Made by a program: the position numbers and the translations under genes. The notes under the pieces are model-generated. The model was given only the letters and a program-made list of their open reading frames with translations, was not told the origin of the DNA and did no database searches. This document shows positions 51,825-62,219 of a stretch of DNA of 64,000 nt, piece after piece. Each line of letters begins with the position of its first letter. The stretch's first letter is position 1. Location of the stretch: positions 46,813 to 110,812 of the forward strand of contig JBAZSH010000001.1 of NCBI GenBank assembly GCA_041662545.1, read 5' to 3'. Origin of the DNA: Minisyncoccota bacterium (lineage in GTDB: Bacteria; Patescibacteriota; Minisyncoccia; Phycocordibacterales; DSPV01).

Positions 51825-52238
51825 ATGGAAGAAAATAAAAAAGAGGAAGTTGCGGTAGAAATTCCTGCCAAATTCAAAGATTTGGTGGAGAAAATAGAAA
51901 AAATGTCAGTGATTGAGTTGAATGAGTTGGTTAAATTATTGGAAAAGAAATTCGGTGTTTCGGCGGCTGCTGTTGCTGTGGCCGGGCCCGCCTCCGCTGG
52001 AAGCTCTGGCGAGGCAAAGGAAGAAAAAACTTCTTTTGATGTAGAACTTAAAGATAGTGGTGCTCAAAAGATTGCTGTTATCAAAGTTATCAAAGAAGTA
52101 CTCGGTCTTGGTTTGAAAGAAGCTAAAGATTTAGTTGACAGTGCGCCGAAAATGTTGAAGGAAGGTATGAAAAAAGCCGAAGCTGAAGAATTTAAGAAGA
52201 AAATTGAAACCGCCGGAGGTAAAGTTGAATTGAAATAG
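51825..52238 (+). CDS. rplL: 50S ribosomal protein L7/L12
   Basis: [45 protein letters not shown]. Confidence 0.96.
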   Translation: MEENKKEEVAVEIPAKFKDLVEKIEKMSVIELNELVKLLEKKFGVSAAAVAVAGPASAGSSGEAKEEKTSFDVELKDSGAQKIAVIKVIKEVLGLGLKEAKDLVDSAPKMLKEGMKKAEAEEFKKKIETAGGKVELK

Positions 52239-52259
52239 CTGGTCTGCTAGTATGCGACT

Positions 52260-52892
52260 GTGGAAGTCTTAAGCAAACTTTTTGGTTGTCCAGCGCGTGT
52301 TAAATTAATGCGCTTCTTTCTCTTTAATTCTGACAAAATTTATTCTGGTAAAGAAGCGGGTAGTCGCGCTCACGCTTCACTAAAGGAGGCAGAAAAAGAA
52401 CTACGGACTTTTGAGAAGATTGGTTTTATAAAACGCCGTCAGATTATTGAAACCGAAGTAATAAATCGTCGCAACAAAAAACCATTAGTTCATCGTCGAA
52501 AAATTACCGGTTGGACATTGGACCGGCTTTTTCCCTATCTCTTGCCTCTGAAAAATCTGGTTATTAATACCACCTTGATTGATCATCGCGATATGATTCG
52601 TCGCCTAGCGCGTGGTGGCAGTTTAAAATTGGTAATTGCTGCCGGCGTTTTTATTCAAGAAGACGACAGTCGCTTAGATTTGTTGGTTGTGGGCGATCAT
52701 TTGAGAAAAACCGTTATTGGTCGGGCGGTTAAGGTGATGGAGTCGGAAATTGGCAAGGAGCTGCGCTATGTAATTCTGGAGACCCAAGAGTTTAAATATC
52801 GCGCTAGTATCTGCGATAAACTGATTCGCGATGTAATGGACTATCCCCACCAAAAACTTTTGGATAAACTGGAGCAGGACAAGGAAGAATAG
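52260..52892 (+). CDS. Hypothetical protein (winged-helix N-terminus, nucleotidyltransferase-like C-terminus)
   Basis: LFG.PARVKLMRFFLFN; GVF..DDSRLDLLVVGD..E.EIGKELRY. Confidence 0.65.
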   Translation: MEVLSKLFGCPARVKLMRFFLFNSDKIYSGKEAGSRAHASLKEAEKELRTFEKIGFIKRRQIIETEVINRRNKKPLVHRRKITGWTLDRLFPYLLPLKNLVINTTLIDHRDMIRRLARGGSLKLVIAAGVFIQEDDSRLDLLVVGDHLRKTVIGRAVKVMESEIGKELRYVILETQEFKYRASICDKLIRDVMDYPHQKLLDKLEQDKEE

Positions 52893-52977
52893 GGTTGTGG
52901 ATATCTTTTCCCATTGATTCTCCCTGTGTGGTAAAATATAGATGCCGAAGTATTATCAATTTTAATAAATAATTTAT

Positions 52978-53664
52978 ATGATTGAACCATGGAGCAATGT
53001 GCTGGTAGCGTCCTTCCAAGATGTTTGGGTGGGAGTTGCTGGTTTTTTGCCAAAATTAATCGTGGCATTTGTTATTGCCATTATTGGTTGGATAGTTGGC
53101 GCAGTTTTGCGTCAAGTAGTTGTTCACTTGTTTCGCATTCTCAAGGTAGATAGTGTTTTGAAGCAAGCAAGGGTGGAACAAGTGGTGAATAAGGCAGGTT
53201 TCGAATTGAATTCTGGTCGCTTCATCGGCAGTTTGGTGGAGTGGTTTGTAATTGTGGTTTTCCTGATCGCAGCCTTTGATGTCCTCGGCCTGAATCAAGT
53301 TACTGCTTTCCTTCAACAGGTAGTGTTGTTGTATTTGCCTCAGGTAATTGTGGCGGCCTTGATTCTTTTGGTGGCGGCGGTAATTGCTGAAGCAATGCAG
53401 AAGGTAATTGTTGGTTCCGCTAAAGCGGCTGGCGTCAGATTTGCTCATTTGGCCGGAACAATAACGCGTTGGGCGATTTGGGTTTTTGCTATCTTGGCGG
53501 CGCTATTCCAATTGGGCATTGCGGCAGCTTTCATTCAGACCTTGTTTACCGGAGTGGTCGTGGCTTTGGCTTTGGCGCTCGGTTTGTCTTTCGGTTTGGG
53601 TGGTCAAGAAGCAGCGGCACGCTATGTTGAGAAGATTCGTCAAGAAATTACTGAAAAGAAATAA
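52978..53664 (+). CDS. CmpX-like / MscS-associated TM-helix repeat membrane protein
   Basis: FLPKLIVA..IIGW; YLPQVIVAALIL; ALGLSFGLGG. Confidence 0.75.
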   Translation: MIEPWSNVLVASFQDVWVGVAGFLPKLIVAFVIAIIGWIVGAVLRQVVVHLFRILKVDSVLKQARVEQVVNKAGFELNSGRFIGSLVEWFVIVVFLIAAFDVLGLNQVTAFLQQVVLLYLPQVIVAALILLVAAVIAEAMQKVIVGSAKAAGVRFAHLAGTITRWAIWVFAILAALFQLGIAAAFIQTLFTGVVVALALALGLSFGLGGQEAAARYVEKIRQEITEKK

Positions 53665-53688
53665 AATTTCTTTTGCGAGATAGCTTTC

Positions 53689-53721
53689 ATAGCGCCCTCC
53701 GCCTAAGGCGGAGGGCGCTAT
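53689..53721. repeat. Palindromic repeat, copy 2 (15-bp stem)
   Basis: ATAGCGCCCTCCGCC-TAA-GGCGGAGGGCGCTAT. Confidence 0.85.
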
Positions 53722-53755
53722 TCTTATCCTATTTTTTTGTGCTATTATATTGGCA

Positions 53756-55186
53756 ATGGAGCGGACATACATAAAAGATTTAAAAGGAAAGATTGGCAGC
53801 GAAGTTAAAATCGCTGGTTGGGTTGATATTCGACGCGATCACGGCAAGTTGATTTTTATTGATTTGCGAGATGTTACCGGCAAAGTTCAGATGGTAATCT
53901 TACCCGCCCGCAACGCCTCGCAAGGCTCGGCTTGCGTGGCGGGCGGGCCCAATCATAAAGAAGCTCACGCTTTGGCGCAGAAAGTCCGGCCGGAGTGGGT
54001 GATTGAAGTAACCGGAAAAATCAACAATCGGCCGGAAAAATTGGTAAACAAAAATGAGCCAAATGGTGAGATTGAAGTGGAGGTTTTGGAATTGAATGTT
54101 TTAAACGAGGCCGAAACTCCACCTTTTGATATTTCCAGTGATGGCAAAGAAATAAATGAAGAAACACGGCTTAAATATCGTTATCTTGATTTGCGAAGGC
54201 CACGACTTCAGAAAAACATCAGAATTCGTTCCGAATTTGTCGACCGTGTCCGACAATATTTATTCAGTAAAGGTTTTACCGAAATAGAGACGCCATATTT
54301 TACTAGTACAACACCAGAAGGCTCTCGGGATTTTGTTGTTCCAAGCCGAATGTATCCGGGAAAGTTTTTTGCCTTACCCCAAAGCCCCCAACAGTATAAG
54401 CAGCTTTTAATGGCTGCTGGTTTTGAAAGATATTTTCAAATCGCCCGTTGCTTTAGGGACGAGGATTTACGAGCTGATAGAGGATTTGAGCATACGCAGA
54501 TAGATTTGGAAGTGAGTTTTACGACACGGGAGGAATTGATGCAACTTGATGAGGAGATGATAACGATTGTTTCAGAAGCGATGGGGCATAAAATTAAAGA
54601 GAAACCATTTCCGCGTTTTTCTTACAAAAAAGCGATTGAAAAATTTGGAGCGGATAAATTTGATTTGCGAAATGAAGAAGAAAAAAAGAATGGAGTTTTG
54701 GCTTTTGCTTGGGTAATCGATTTTCCGTTTTTTGAAAAAGATAAAGAAGGAAAATGGACATTCACTCACAATCCGTTTTCTATGCCGGCACCCGAGCATT
54801 TGGAGTGGCATTTAAAAGGGGAGAATATAGATAAAATTATAACTCAGCAATACGATTTAGTTTGTAATGGTTATGAAACCGGCGGTGGCAGTATTCGGGC
54901 TCACAAGCCGGATATATTAAGGGCGACCTTTAAAACCATGGGCTATAGTGATGCGCAGATTGAAAAAGATTTCGGCCATATGCTTAAGGCATTTAGTTAT
55001 GGCACTCCTTCTCATGGTGGTATCGCGCACGGCATTGAGAGAATGATCATGATTTTTACCGGGGAGAAGGAACTTCGAGAAGTACAATCATTTCCTCAAA
55101 CTTCTTCTGGACACACCGCGGTTATGGATGCCCCGAATGAATTATCCAAAGAACAACTCAAAGAGTTGGGTATAAAACTAGCTTGA
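53756..55186 (+). CDS. aspS: Aspartate--tRNA ligase (compact, no GAD domain)
   Basis: RRDHGKLIFIDLRD, RLKYRYLDLRR, EGSRDF, ALPQSPQQYKQLLM, YFQIARCFRDED, PSHGGIAHGIER. Confidence 0.93.
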   Translation: MERTYIKDLKGKIGSEVKIAGWVDIRRDHGKLIFIDLRDVTGKVQMVILPARNASQGSACVAGGPNHKEAHALAQKVRPEWVIEVTGKINNRPEKLVNKNEPNGEIEVEVLELNVLNEAETPPFDISSDGKEINEETRLKYRYLDLRRPRLQKNIRIRSEFVDRVRQYLFSKGFTEIETPYFTSTTPEGSRDFVVPSRMYPGKFFALPQSPQQYKQLLMAAGFERYFQIARCFRDEDLRADRGFEHTQIDLEVSFTTREELMQLDEEMITIVSEAMGHKIKEKPFPRFSYKKAIEKFGADKFDLRNEEEKKNGVLAFAWVIDFPFFEKDKEGKWTFTHNPFSMPAPEHLEWHLKGENIDKIITQQYDLVCNGYETGGGSIRAHKPDILRATFKTMGYSDAQIEKDFGHMLKAFSYGTPSHGGIAHGIERMIMIFTGEKELREVQSFPQTSSGHTAVMDAPNELSKEQLKELGIKLA

Positions 55187-55222
55187 TATTCTTTAACTTA
55201 TCCCCAGTTATCCCCACCCCTC

Positions 55223-55251
55223 TTGACAGAATTTTGTGGTTGATATAGGAT
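55223..55251 (+). promoter_or_regulatory. Sigma-70 type promoter for rpoBC
   Basis: TTGACA-17 nt-TAGGAT. Confidence 0.65.
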
Positions 55252-55334
55252 AACCGCCACTTGGGAAAGATTGTGTTTTGACCGCAATCTCAAGCTTATT
55301 GGAGGGTTTTCTTCGTAAGCTTTTTTTGTTGCTT

Positions 55335-58300
55335 ATGTCTCAAAAAAAATATTTTCATAAATTTAAAGAGCCATTAGTACCCATGCCAAACTTGGTCGTC
55401 TCACAAAATGAGTCGTTCAAGTGGTTGGTGGAGAAAGGTTTAAATGAAGTGTTCACCGAGTTTGCTTCCATTAACGACTATTCTGGCAAAAAATTTGAAT
55501 TGTCGTTCAAAAGCGTCAAGCTGGAAGAGCCGAAGTACGACGAACACTACACCAAGAACAACAAACTTTCTTTTGAAGCGCCACTTAAGGCAATAGTGGA
55601 ATTAAAAAATAAAATCCACGGAGGTGGCAAGGAACAAGAAATTTTCCTTGCTGATTTTCCGATAATGACCTCTCACGGTACTTTTATTATTTCTGGTGTA
55701 GAACGGGTGATCGTGCCGCAATTGGCGCGCTCGTTTGGCATTTTCTTTACCAGTGAAGAAATGAAAGGTAAAAAGTGTTTCGGTGGCAAAATTATCCCGG
55801 CGCGGGGTGTTTGGATAGAAATTGAAACCGAAGCTGATGATGTGATTTATGTGCGAATTGACCGCAAGCGCAAATTTGTCGTTACTTCTTTACTGCGAGT
55901 GTTGGGTGCCGAGACCGATGAGGCAATCAGGCAACTTTTTGCTGGCAATGATGCGGCGAAAGTTTTTATTGAAGCATCGCTTGTTAAAGATCACGCTAAG
56001 ACTATTGACGAATCGTTTATTGAAATTCATAAAAGAATGAGGGACGGCGAAATTGGTACCGTGGAAAACGCCAAAGAGTTTGTCAAAGGAATTTTCAGCA
56101 AAGATCGTTATGATTTATCTAAAGTCGGCCGATTCAAATTCAATAAGCGTTTCAGCAAGCCGATGGAAGGAAAAGAGGCTGATAGCCGAACGATTTCATT
56201 GGATGATCTGGTGACCATCGTCAATCACATTGCCCTTTTGAATATTACGCCGGGGTCAACAGAGGATGATATTGACCACTTGGGTTCGCGACGAGTTCGT
56301 TATGTTGGTGAAATGCTCCAGCAAAAAGTTCGGGTTGGTTTGACTCAAATGAAAAGAAATATCCAGGATCGGATGTCTACCATTGATCCCGATGTTAGTC
56401 AGCCGCTCCAGTTTATTTCTCCTAAACCTCTGCAAGCGCGGATTAAGGAATTTTTCACTACTAATCCGTTATCGCAGTTTATGGACCAAAGTAATATTTT
56501 GGCGGAGATTGAACATTTGCGCACTCTTTCGGCTTTAGGTCCTGGCGGTTTGACTCGCGAGCGCGCTGGTTTTGAAGTGCGCGATGTCCATCCTTCTCAC
56601 TACGGCCGACTTTGTCCCATTCACACACCTGAAGGCCCGAACATTGGTCTTATTCTTCGTTTATCAATGTATGCTCGCATCAATGATTTCGGCATGATCG
56701 AAACGCCTTACGGTAAAGTGGAAAAAGGCAAAATAACTGGCGAGATAGATTACCTGAATGCCTTAGAAGAAGAGAATTTTAATATTGCTCACGCTGCCAC
56801 CTTGCGAGATGATGATGGTCAAATTTTAATTGATGAAGTGGAAGTCAGGATCAATGGAATGCCTGGTGTAGTTAAAAAAGGAGAGGTTAATTACATTGAT
56901 GTTTCTACCAACCAAGCGTTTTCTGTTGCCACTTCACTTATTCCTTTTTTGAATCATGATGATGCCAACCGAGCGCTGATGGGTTCTAACATGCAGAAAC
57001 AAGCGACACCCTGTTTGCTTCCCGAAGTGCCGTTGGTAGCCACTGGTATTGAAGAGCGGGCGGCCATTGATTCCGGCCGAGTATTAATTTCGCCTTTTGC
57101 TGGCGAGGTGACCTATGCTGATGCCAGAAAGATAAGAATTAAAAATGATAAAAACAAAGAGACCGAATTTTCTTTAGTTAACTTTTCGCGCACTAACGGT
57201 ATGACAGCTTTTCATCAACGACCATCAGTCGCTGTTGGACAAAAAATTAAGAAAGGTGAAGTGTTGGCCGACTCTTCTTCCACTGAAAAAGGTGCTCTGG
57301 CTTTGGGACACAATGCCTTGGTAGCGTTTATGTCTTGGTCAGGTTCCAACTATGAGGATGCCATTATTATCTCCCAGCGATTGGTCAAAGAAAGCAAGTT
57401 TAATTCCATTCACATTGAAGAATTTGTAGTTAATGTTCGCGAAACAAAATTGGGTCCGGAAGTAACCACTCCTGATATTCCAAATGTTGGCGAAGCAAAA
57501 TTAAGAAATCTTGATGAAGATGGGGTAGTAATGATTGGTGCCGAAGTTCGACCGGGCGATATTTTAGTTGGCAAAATTACACCGAAAAGCGAATCGCAAT
57601 TGACGCCAGAGGAACGATTATTGAGGTCGTTGTTTGGCGAGAAAGCTCGGGATGTTAAAGACACTTCCAAACGATTGGAAAATGGTAAACGTGGCCGAGT
57701 AATCAGCGTTAAAATTTTCTCTCGAGATCAGGGTCATAAACTAGAATCAGGCATCATCAAAAGAATTCACATTGAAGTGGCGCAATTTAGAGTGGTGTCG
57801 GTTGGCGATAAGTTGGCAGGTAGACACGGTAATAAAGGTGTTATTTCTAGAATTTTGCCAGAGGAAGATATGCCCTATATGCCTGACGGCACTCCCATTG
57901 ATGTAATTTTGACGCCGTTGGGTGTGCCTTCGCGTATGAACTTGGGACAAATTTTAGAACTTCACCTTGGCTTGGCGGCTCATACTTTAAACTATCAAGC
58001 AATAGTGCCTCCATTTGCTGGCGCAACCGATGAAGAAATCAAAGCCGAATTGCGACAGGCTGGTTTCAAAGATAATGGCAAAATGAAACTTTACGATGGA
58101 CGCACTGGCGAGGCTTTCGATCAAGAAATTGCCGTTGGTTATATGTATATAATGAAACTCCATCATATGGTTGAAGATAAGATTCATATGCGTTCCATTG
58201 GTTCTTATTCCTTAATTACTCAACAGCCGTTAGGTGGTAAGGCTCAAGGTGGTGGCCAACGGTTTGGTGAAATGGAGGTCTGGGCGCTCTTAGGTCACGG

Positions 58301-58481
58301 CGCAGCTTATACCTTGCGCGAAATTTTGACTTTCAAGTCAGATGACATTTTAGGTCGGGCGGCAGCTTTTGATGCTATCGTTCGCGGTGATCGAATTACC
58401 CAATCTAACCTACCGGCTTCCTTTAATGTCATGCTTAATAATTTGCGTGGTTTAGCACTGGATGTTGAGTTAATAAAATAA
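55335..58481 (+). CDS. rpoB: RNA polymerase beta subunit
   Basis: SQFMDQ, RDVHPSHYGRLCP, RALMGSNMQKQA, GDKLAGRHGNKG, GGQRFGEME. Confidence 0.98.
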   Translation: MSQKKYFHKFKEPLVPMPNLVVSQNESFKWLVEKGLNEVFTEFASINDYSGKKFELSFKSVKLEEPKYDEHYTKNNKLSFEAPLKAIVELKNKIHGGGKEQEIFLADFPIMTSHGTFIISGVERVIVPQLARSFGIFFTSEEMKGKKCFGGKIIPARGVWIEIETEADDVIYVRIDRKRKFVVTSLLRVLGAETDEAIRQLFAGNDAAKVFIEASLVKDHAKTIDESFIEIHKRMRDGEIGTVENAKEFVKGIFSKDRYDLSKVGRFKFNKRFSKPMEGKEADSRTISLDDLVTIVNHIALLNITPGSTEDDIDHLGSRRVRYVGEMLQQKVRVGLTQMKRNIQDRMSTIDPDVSQPLQFISPKPLQARIKEFFTTNPLSQFMDQSNILAEIEHLRTLSALGPGGLTRERAGFEVRDVHPSHYGRLCPIHTPEGPNIGLILRLSMYARINDFGMIETPYGKVEKGKITGEIDYLNALEEENFNIAHAATLRDDDGQILIDEVEVRINGMPGVVKKGEVNYIDVSTNQAFSVATSLIPFLNHDDANRALMGSNMQKQATPCLLPEVPLVATGIEERAAIDSGRVLISPFAGEVTYADARKIRIKNDKNKETEFSLVNFSRTNGMTAFHQRPSVAVGQKIKKGEVLADSSSTEKGALALGHNALVAFMSWSGSNYEDAIIISQRLVKESKFNSIHIEEFVVNVRETKLGPEVTTPDIPNVGEAKLRNLDEDGVVMIGAEVRPGDILVGKITPKSESQLTPEERLLRSLFGEKARDVKDTSKRLENGKRGRVISVKIFSRDQGHKLESGIIKRIHIEVAQFRVVSVGDKLAGRHGNKGVISRILPEEDMPYMPDGTPIDVILTPLGVPSRMNLGQILELHLGLAAHTLNYQAIVPPFAGATDEEIKAELRQAGFKDNGKMKLYDGRTGEAFDQEIAVGYMYIMKLHHMVEDKIHMRSIGSYSLITQQPLGGKAQGGGQRFGEMEVWALLGHGAAYTLREILTFKSDDILGRAAAFDAIVRGDRITQSNLPASFNVMLNNLRGLALDVELIK

Positions 58482-58485
58482 AAAT

Positions 58486-61400
58486 ATGGCTAGAAACTTT
58501 GAGGCAAATAATAATACGAATAATCCGAGAAAACAGCCGGCGCCGGCGGATTTTACTTCTATTTTGCTTAAACTAGCTTCGCCAGAAAAAATCAAGGAGT
58601 GGTCTTATGGGGAAGTGACCAAGCCGGAGACGATTAATTATCGCACTCAACGCAGTGAAAAAAACGGTTTGTTTGACGAGAAAATTTTTGGTCCTGATAA
58701 GGATTTTGAATGTTACTGTGGAAAATACAAGGGCGTCCGCTATAAGGGTATTGTTTGTGATAAGTGTGGTGTAGAAATTACTCGCGCTATTGTTCGACGA
58801 GAACGGATGGGTCACATTGAACTGGCGACTCCGGTTTGTCATGTTTGGTTTTTGCGAAGTATGCCGTCTCGCATCAGTTTGATTTTAGGTATTCCAGCTG
58901 GTGAGGTTGAAAAAGTTATTTATTTCGCCGGTTACATAATTGTTAGTGTTTCCGAAGAAGAACGCGCTCGGGTGTTGAAAGATGTGGATGCCGAATATAA
59001 AAACAAAATTAAGGATATTCAAAAAGAAGAGGAACGGGCAGCGCTTAAAGAGCGTTTTCTGGTCGTTAAGCAGGATATTGAAGGTATTCAAGTTGGTGCG
59101 GTTTTAGATGAAGTTACTTACCATCAATTTTCCATTCGCTATGGCACTTTGTTTGAAGCGTCAATCGGCGCCGAAGCGATTTATAATCTTTGTAAATCGG
59201 TAGATATGGAAGCGTTGGAGGAAATGTTGGTTAAGGAATTGGAAAACACCACATCAGCTGATCGTGATAAATTGCAAAAGCGTTTGAGTTTAGTGCGTTC
59301 AATGATTCGTTCCAAAATTCGTCCAGAGTGGATGTTTTTGACTAGTGTCCCGGTAATTCCGCCGGCTCTGAGACCAATGGTACCGTTGGATGGTGGTCGC
59401 TATGCCACTTCCGATGTTAACGATCTTTATCGCCGGGTGATTAATCGTAATAATCGTCTAAAAAAATTATTGGAAATCAGTGCGCCGGATGTGATTTTGC
59501 GTAATGAAAAAAGAATTCTGCAGGAAGCGGTTGATTCTTTAATTGATAATTCCATTCGCCACGGTGGTTCTGCTAGTGGAATGATGAGTCAAGCTCAACG
59601 ACGACCGTTGAAATCATTGGCCGATAATTTGAAGGGCAAGCGGGGATTGTTGCGTGGTAACTTGCTTGGTAAACGAGTGGACTATTCCGGCCGATCGGTG
59701 ATTGTTGTTGGTCCAGATTTGAAGTTGGGTCAATGTGGTTTGCCGAAGTTGATGGCGTTGGAATTATTTAGACCGTTTATTGTTGGCGAGTTGATTCGTC
59801 GCGAATTGGCTTTTAATATTCGCGGTGCCAATCGTTTAATTGAAGATGATATTCCTGAGGTTTGGTCAATTTTGGAAGAAGTAATTAAAGGTAAATATGT
59901 TTTACTTAATCGCGCGCCAACCTTGCATCGACTTGGTATCCAAGCGTTTCGACCGGTTTTAATTGAAGGTAGTGCTATTCAGGTTCACCCGTTAGTTTGT
60001 CATGCTTTTAACGCGGACTTTGACGGTGACCAAATGGCTGTTCATGTTCCATTGTCTGAAGAGGCACAAATGGAAGCACGGGAAATAATGGCTGCCGATA
60101 AAAATATTTTGAAGCCGGGTAGCGGTGATTCGGTTATTAGCGCTAAACTTTTGGATATTGTGCTTGGTTGTTACTGGATGACCAGAATTATTCCGGGTAA
60201 AAAGGGCGAGGGTAAAATTTTTCCGAGCCCCAACAGCGCCATTACCGCTTTTGATTTTGGCGTAGTTGATTTCAGGGCAAAGATTAAAGTATTAGGTACG
60301 GAAAAGGAAAAATATGCCGAGTTTGATGGCAAGCCTTTTGAAACATCCGTCGGCCGATTGTTGTTCAATACCGTTTTGCCGTCGGACTATCCCTATCTCA
60401 ATAAAGAAATTGAAAGAAAGAACATGTCTGTTTTGGTTGACGATATGATTGATCGCTACGGCATTGATCGGATTCCAGAAACCATGGATAAAATCAAAAA
60501 TTTTGGTTTCAAATACACCACCTACGCTGGTATTACTTGGGGTATTGACGATGTTAAAGTACCAGAAAAGAAAAAAGAAATCGTTGAGAACGCCAAGACC
60601 AAATCACTGGAAGTTTTGGAGCAGTTCAACAATGGTTTATTGTCACGAGATGAAAGATTCCGCAAAAACATTGAAATTTGGCACGGTGCTAAATCAGATA
60701 TTGAAAAAATAATTCCTGATTATTTGGACAAGTCCGGTTCGGTTTACGATATGGTTTTTTCTGGCGCGCGCGGTTCTATGTCGCAAATTACTCAAATGGT
60801 TGGTATGAAAGGTTTGATTCAAAACACTGCCGGTGAGACCATTGAATTTCCGGTTATTTCTTCGGCCAAAGAAGGTTTAACGCCAATTGAATATTTCACC
60901 ACCACTCACGGTTCTCGCAAAGGTTTAACTGATACCGCCTTGAATACAGCCAAAGCTGGTTATCTTACTCGGCGCTTGTTTGATGTTGCTCAAGACGCGA
61001 TTATCTCTGGTGAAGATTGTGATACCAAAGATGGCGCTTTGATTAGTCGCGCCAGCGCCACTGGTATGGAAATTCCCATTGCCAAAAATATTCGCGGCCG
61101 AATTTTGGCCGAAGATGTTAAAGATTCAACTGGTAAAGTTTTGTTCAAAAAGGGACATTTACTTTCTAAGTCCGACGCGAAATTGGTAGATGCGGCTGGT
61201 GTTTCGGAAGTGTTAGTTCGTTCGCCTTTGACTTGTAAGGCGACTCGCGGTATTTGCGCTGCTTGTTATGGAATGGATTTGGGTCGCAACAAATTGGTGG
61301 AATTAGGTGAAGCGGTTGGCACGGTGGCAGCTCAAGCTATCGGTGAACCGGGCACTCAATTAACCATGAGAACTTTTCACTCTGGTGGTACGGCTTCGGT

Positions 61401-62202
61401 GGGCGGCGATATTACTCAAGGTTTGCCTCGGGTGGAAGAGGTTTTTGAAAAACGCAGTCCGAAAAATCCGGCCGTGGTTTCTAAATCTGCCGGTATGGTT
61501 TCGGAAATTAGAACCGTGGACAAAGAAAAAATTATTGTTGTTCTGCCGGAAGTGGGCGAGAAAGCTGGTGGTAAGAAACGCGATCCAATTGAATACACTA
61601 TTCATTTCAAGAGAATGGCTTTAGTGAAAGTTGGCGAGAATGTGGAGAAAGGTCAGATTTTAACTGACGGTTCGGCTGATTTGGAAGAATTGTTCAAATA
61701 TGCCGGTAAAGAAAAAACTCAGGATTATGTTATCAGTGAAGTTAGCAAACTTTACGAATTGCAGGGCGAAACGGTTTCTCGTAAACATATTGAAGTAATC
61801 GTTCGGCAGATGTTCTCGCGCCGGCGGATTAAAGAAGAGGGCGATACCGATTATTCAATTGGTGATCTTGTCAGTGCTGGTGATTTGGAAGAAGCTAATG
61901 AGGTGGTCAAAGAAGAGAAGGGTGATGAAGCTAAAGCCGAGCCCGTGATTATGGGTATTACTGAAGTATCGTTATCGCGCAAAAGTTTCCTTTCGGCCGC
62001 CTCCTTCCAACATACCACTCGGGTGCTCATCAACACTGCCATTCGCGGCAACAAAGATATGCTCGTCGGTCTTAAAGAAAATGTCATTATTGGCCGATTA
62101 ATTCCGGCTGGTACTGGTTTCAAAGGCAGTCCCAAAGCCAAAATGATTGAGTCTCTTTATGTCTCCGAAAAAATTGATCCCGAAGTAGAGACGGAGGTGT
62201 AG
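58486..62202 (+). CDS. rpoC: RNA polymerase beta' subunit
   Basis: [39 protein letters not shown]. Confidence 0.98.
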   Translation: MARNFEANNNTNNPRKQPAPADFTSILLKLASPEKIKEWSYGEVTKPETINYRTQRSEKNGLFDEKIFGPDKDFECYCGKYKGVRYKGIVCDKCGVEITRAIVRRERMGHIELATPVCHVWFLRSMPSRISLILGIPAGEVEKVIYFAGYIIVSVSEEERARVLKDVDAEYKNKIKDIQKEEERAALKERFLVVKQDIEGIQVGAVLDEVTYHQFSIRYGTLFEASIGAEAIYNLCKSVDMEALEEMLVKELENTTSADRDKLQKRLSLVRSMIRSKIRPEWMFLTSVPVIPPALRPMVPLDGGRYATSDVNDLYRRVINRNNRLKKLLEISAPDVILRNEKRILQEAVDSLIDNSIRHGGSASGMMSQAQRRPLKSLADNLKGKRGLLRGNLLGKRVDYSGRSVIVVGPDLKLGQCGLPKLMALELFRPFIVGELIRRELAFNIRGANRLIEDDIPEVWSILEEVIKGKYVLLNRAPTLHRLGIQAFRPVLIEGSAIQVHPLVCHAFNADFDGDQMAVHVPLSEEAQMEAREIMAADKNILKPGSGDSVISAKLLDIVLGCYWMTRIIPGKKGEGKIFPSPNSAITAFDFGVVDFRAKIKVLGTEKEKYAEFDGKPFETSVGRLLFNTVLPSDYPYLNKEIERKNMSVLVDDMIDRYGIDRIPETMDKIKNFGFKYTTYAGITWGIDDVKVPEKKKEIVENAKTKSLEVLEQFNNGLLSRDERFRKNIEIWHGAKSDIEKIIPDYLDKSGSVYDMVFSGARGSMSQITQMVGMKGLIQNTAGETIEFPVISSAKEGLTPIEYFTTTHGSRKGLTDTALNTAKAGYLTRRLFDVAQDAIISGEDCDTKDGALISRASATGMEIPIAKNIRGRILAEDVKDSTGKVLFKKGHLLSKSDAKLVDAAGVSEVLVRSPLTCKATRGICAACYGMDLGRNKLVELGEAVGTVAAQAIGEPGTQLTMRTFHSGGTASVGGDITQGLPRVEEVFEKRSPKNPAVVSKSAGMVSEIRTVDKEKIIVVLPEVGEKAGGKKRDPIEYTIHFKRMALVKVGENVEKGQILTDGSADLEELFKYAGKEKTQDYVISEVSKLYELQGETVSRKHIEVIVRQMFSRRRIKEEGDTDYSIGDLVSAGDLEEANEVVKEEKGDEAKAEPVIMGITEVSLSRKSFLSAASFQHTTRVLINTAIRGNKDMLVGLKENVIIGRLIPAGTGFKGSPKAKMIESLYVSEKIDPEVETEV

Positions 62203-62219
62203 TTCCATCAAACTTAAAA

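Noticed and set aside
55278-55334. N-terminal extension of RpoB from TTG 55278 (similarly the extended starts for efp, atpG, the TPR gene and the RelE toxin)
   Set aside because: Downstream ATGs fit promoter position, gene spacing and family N-termini better.
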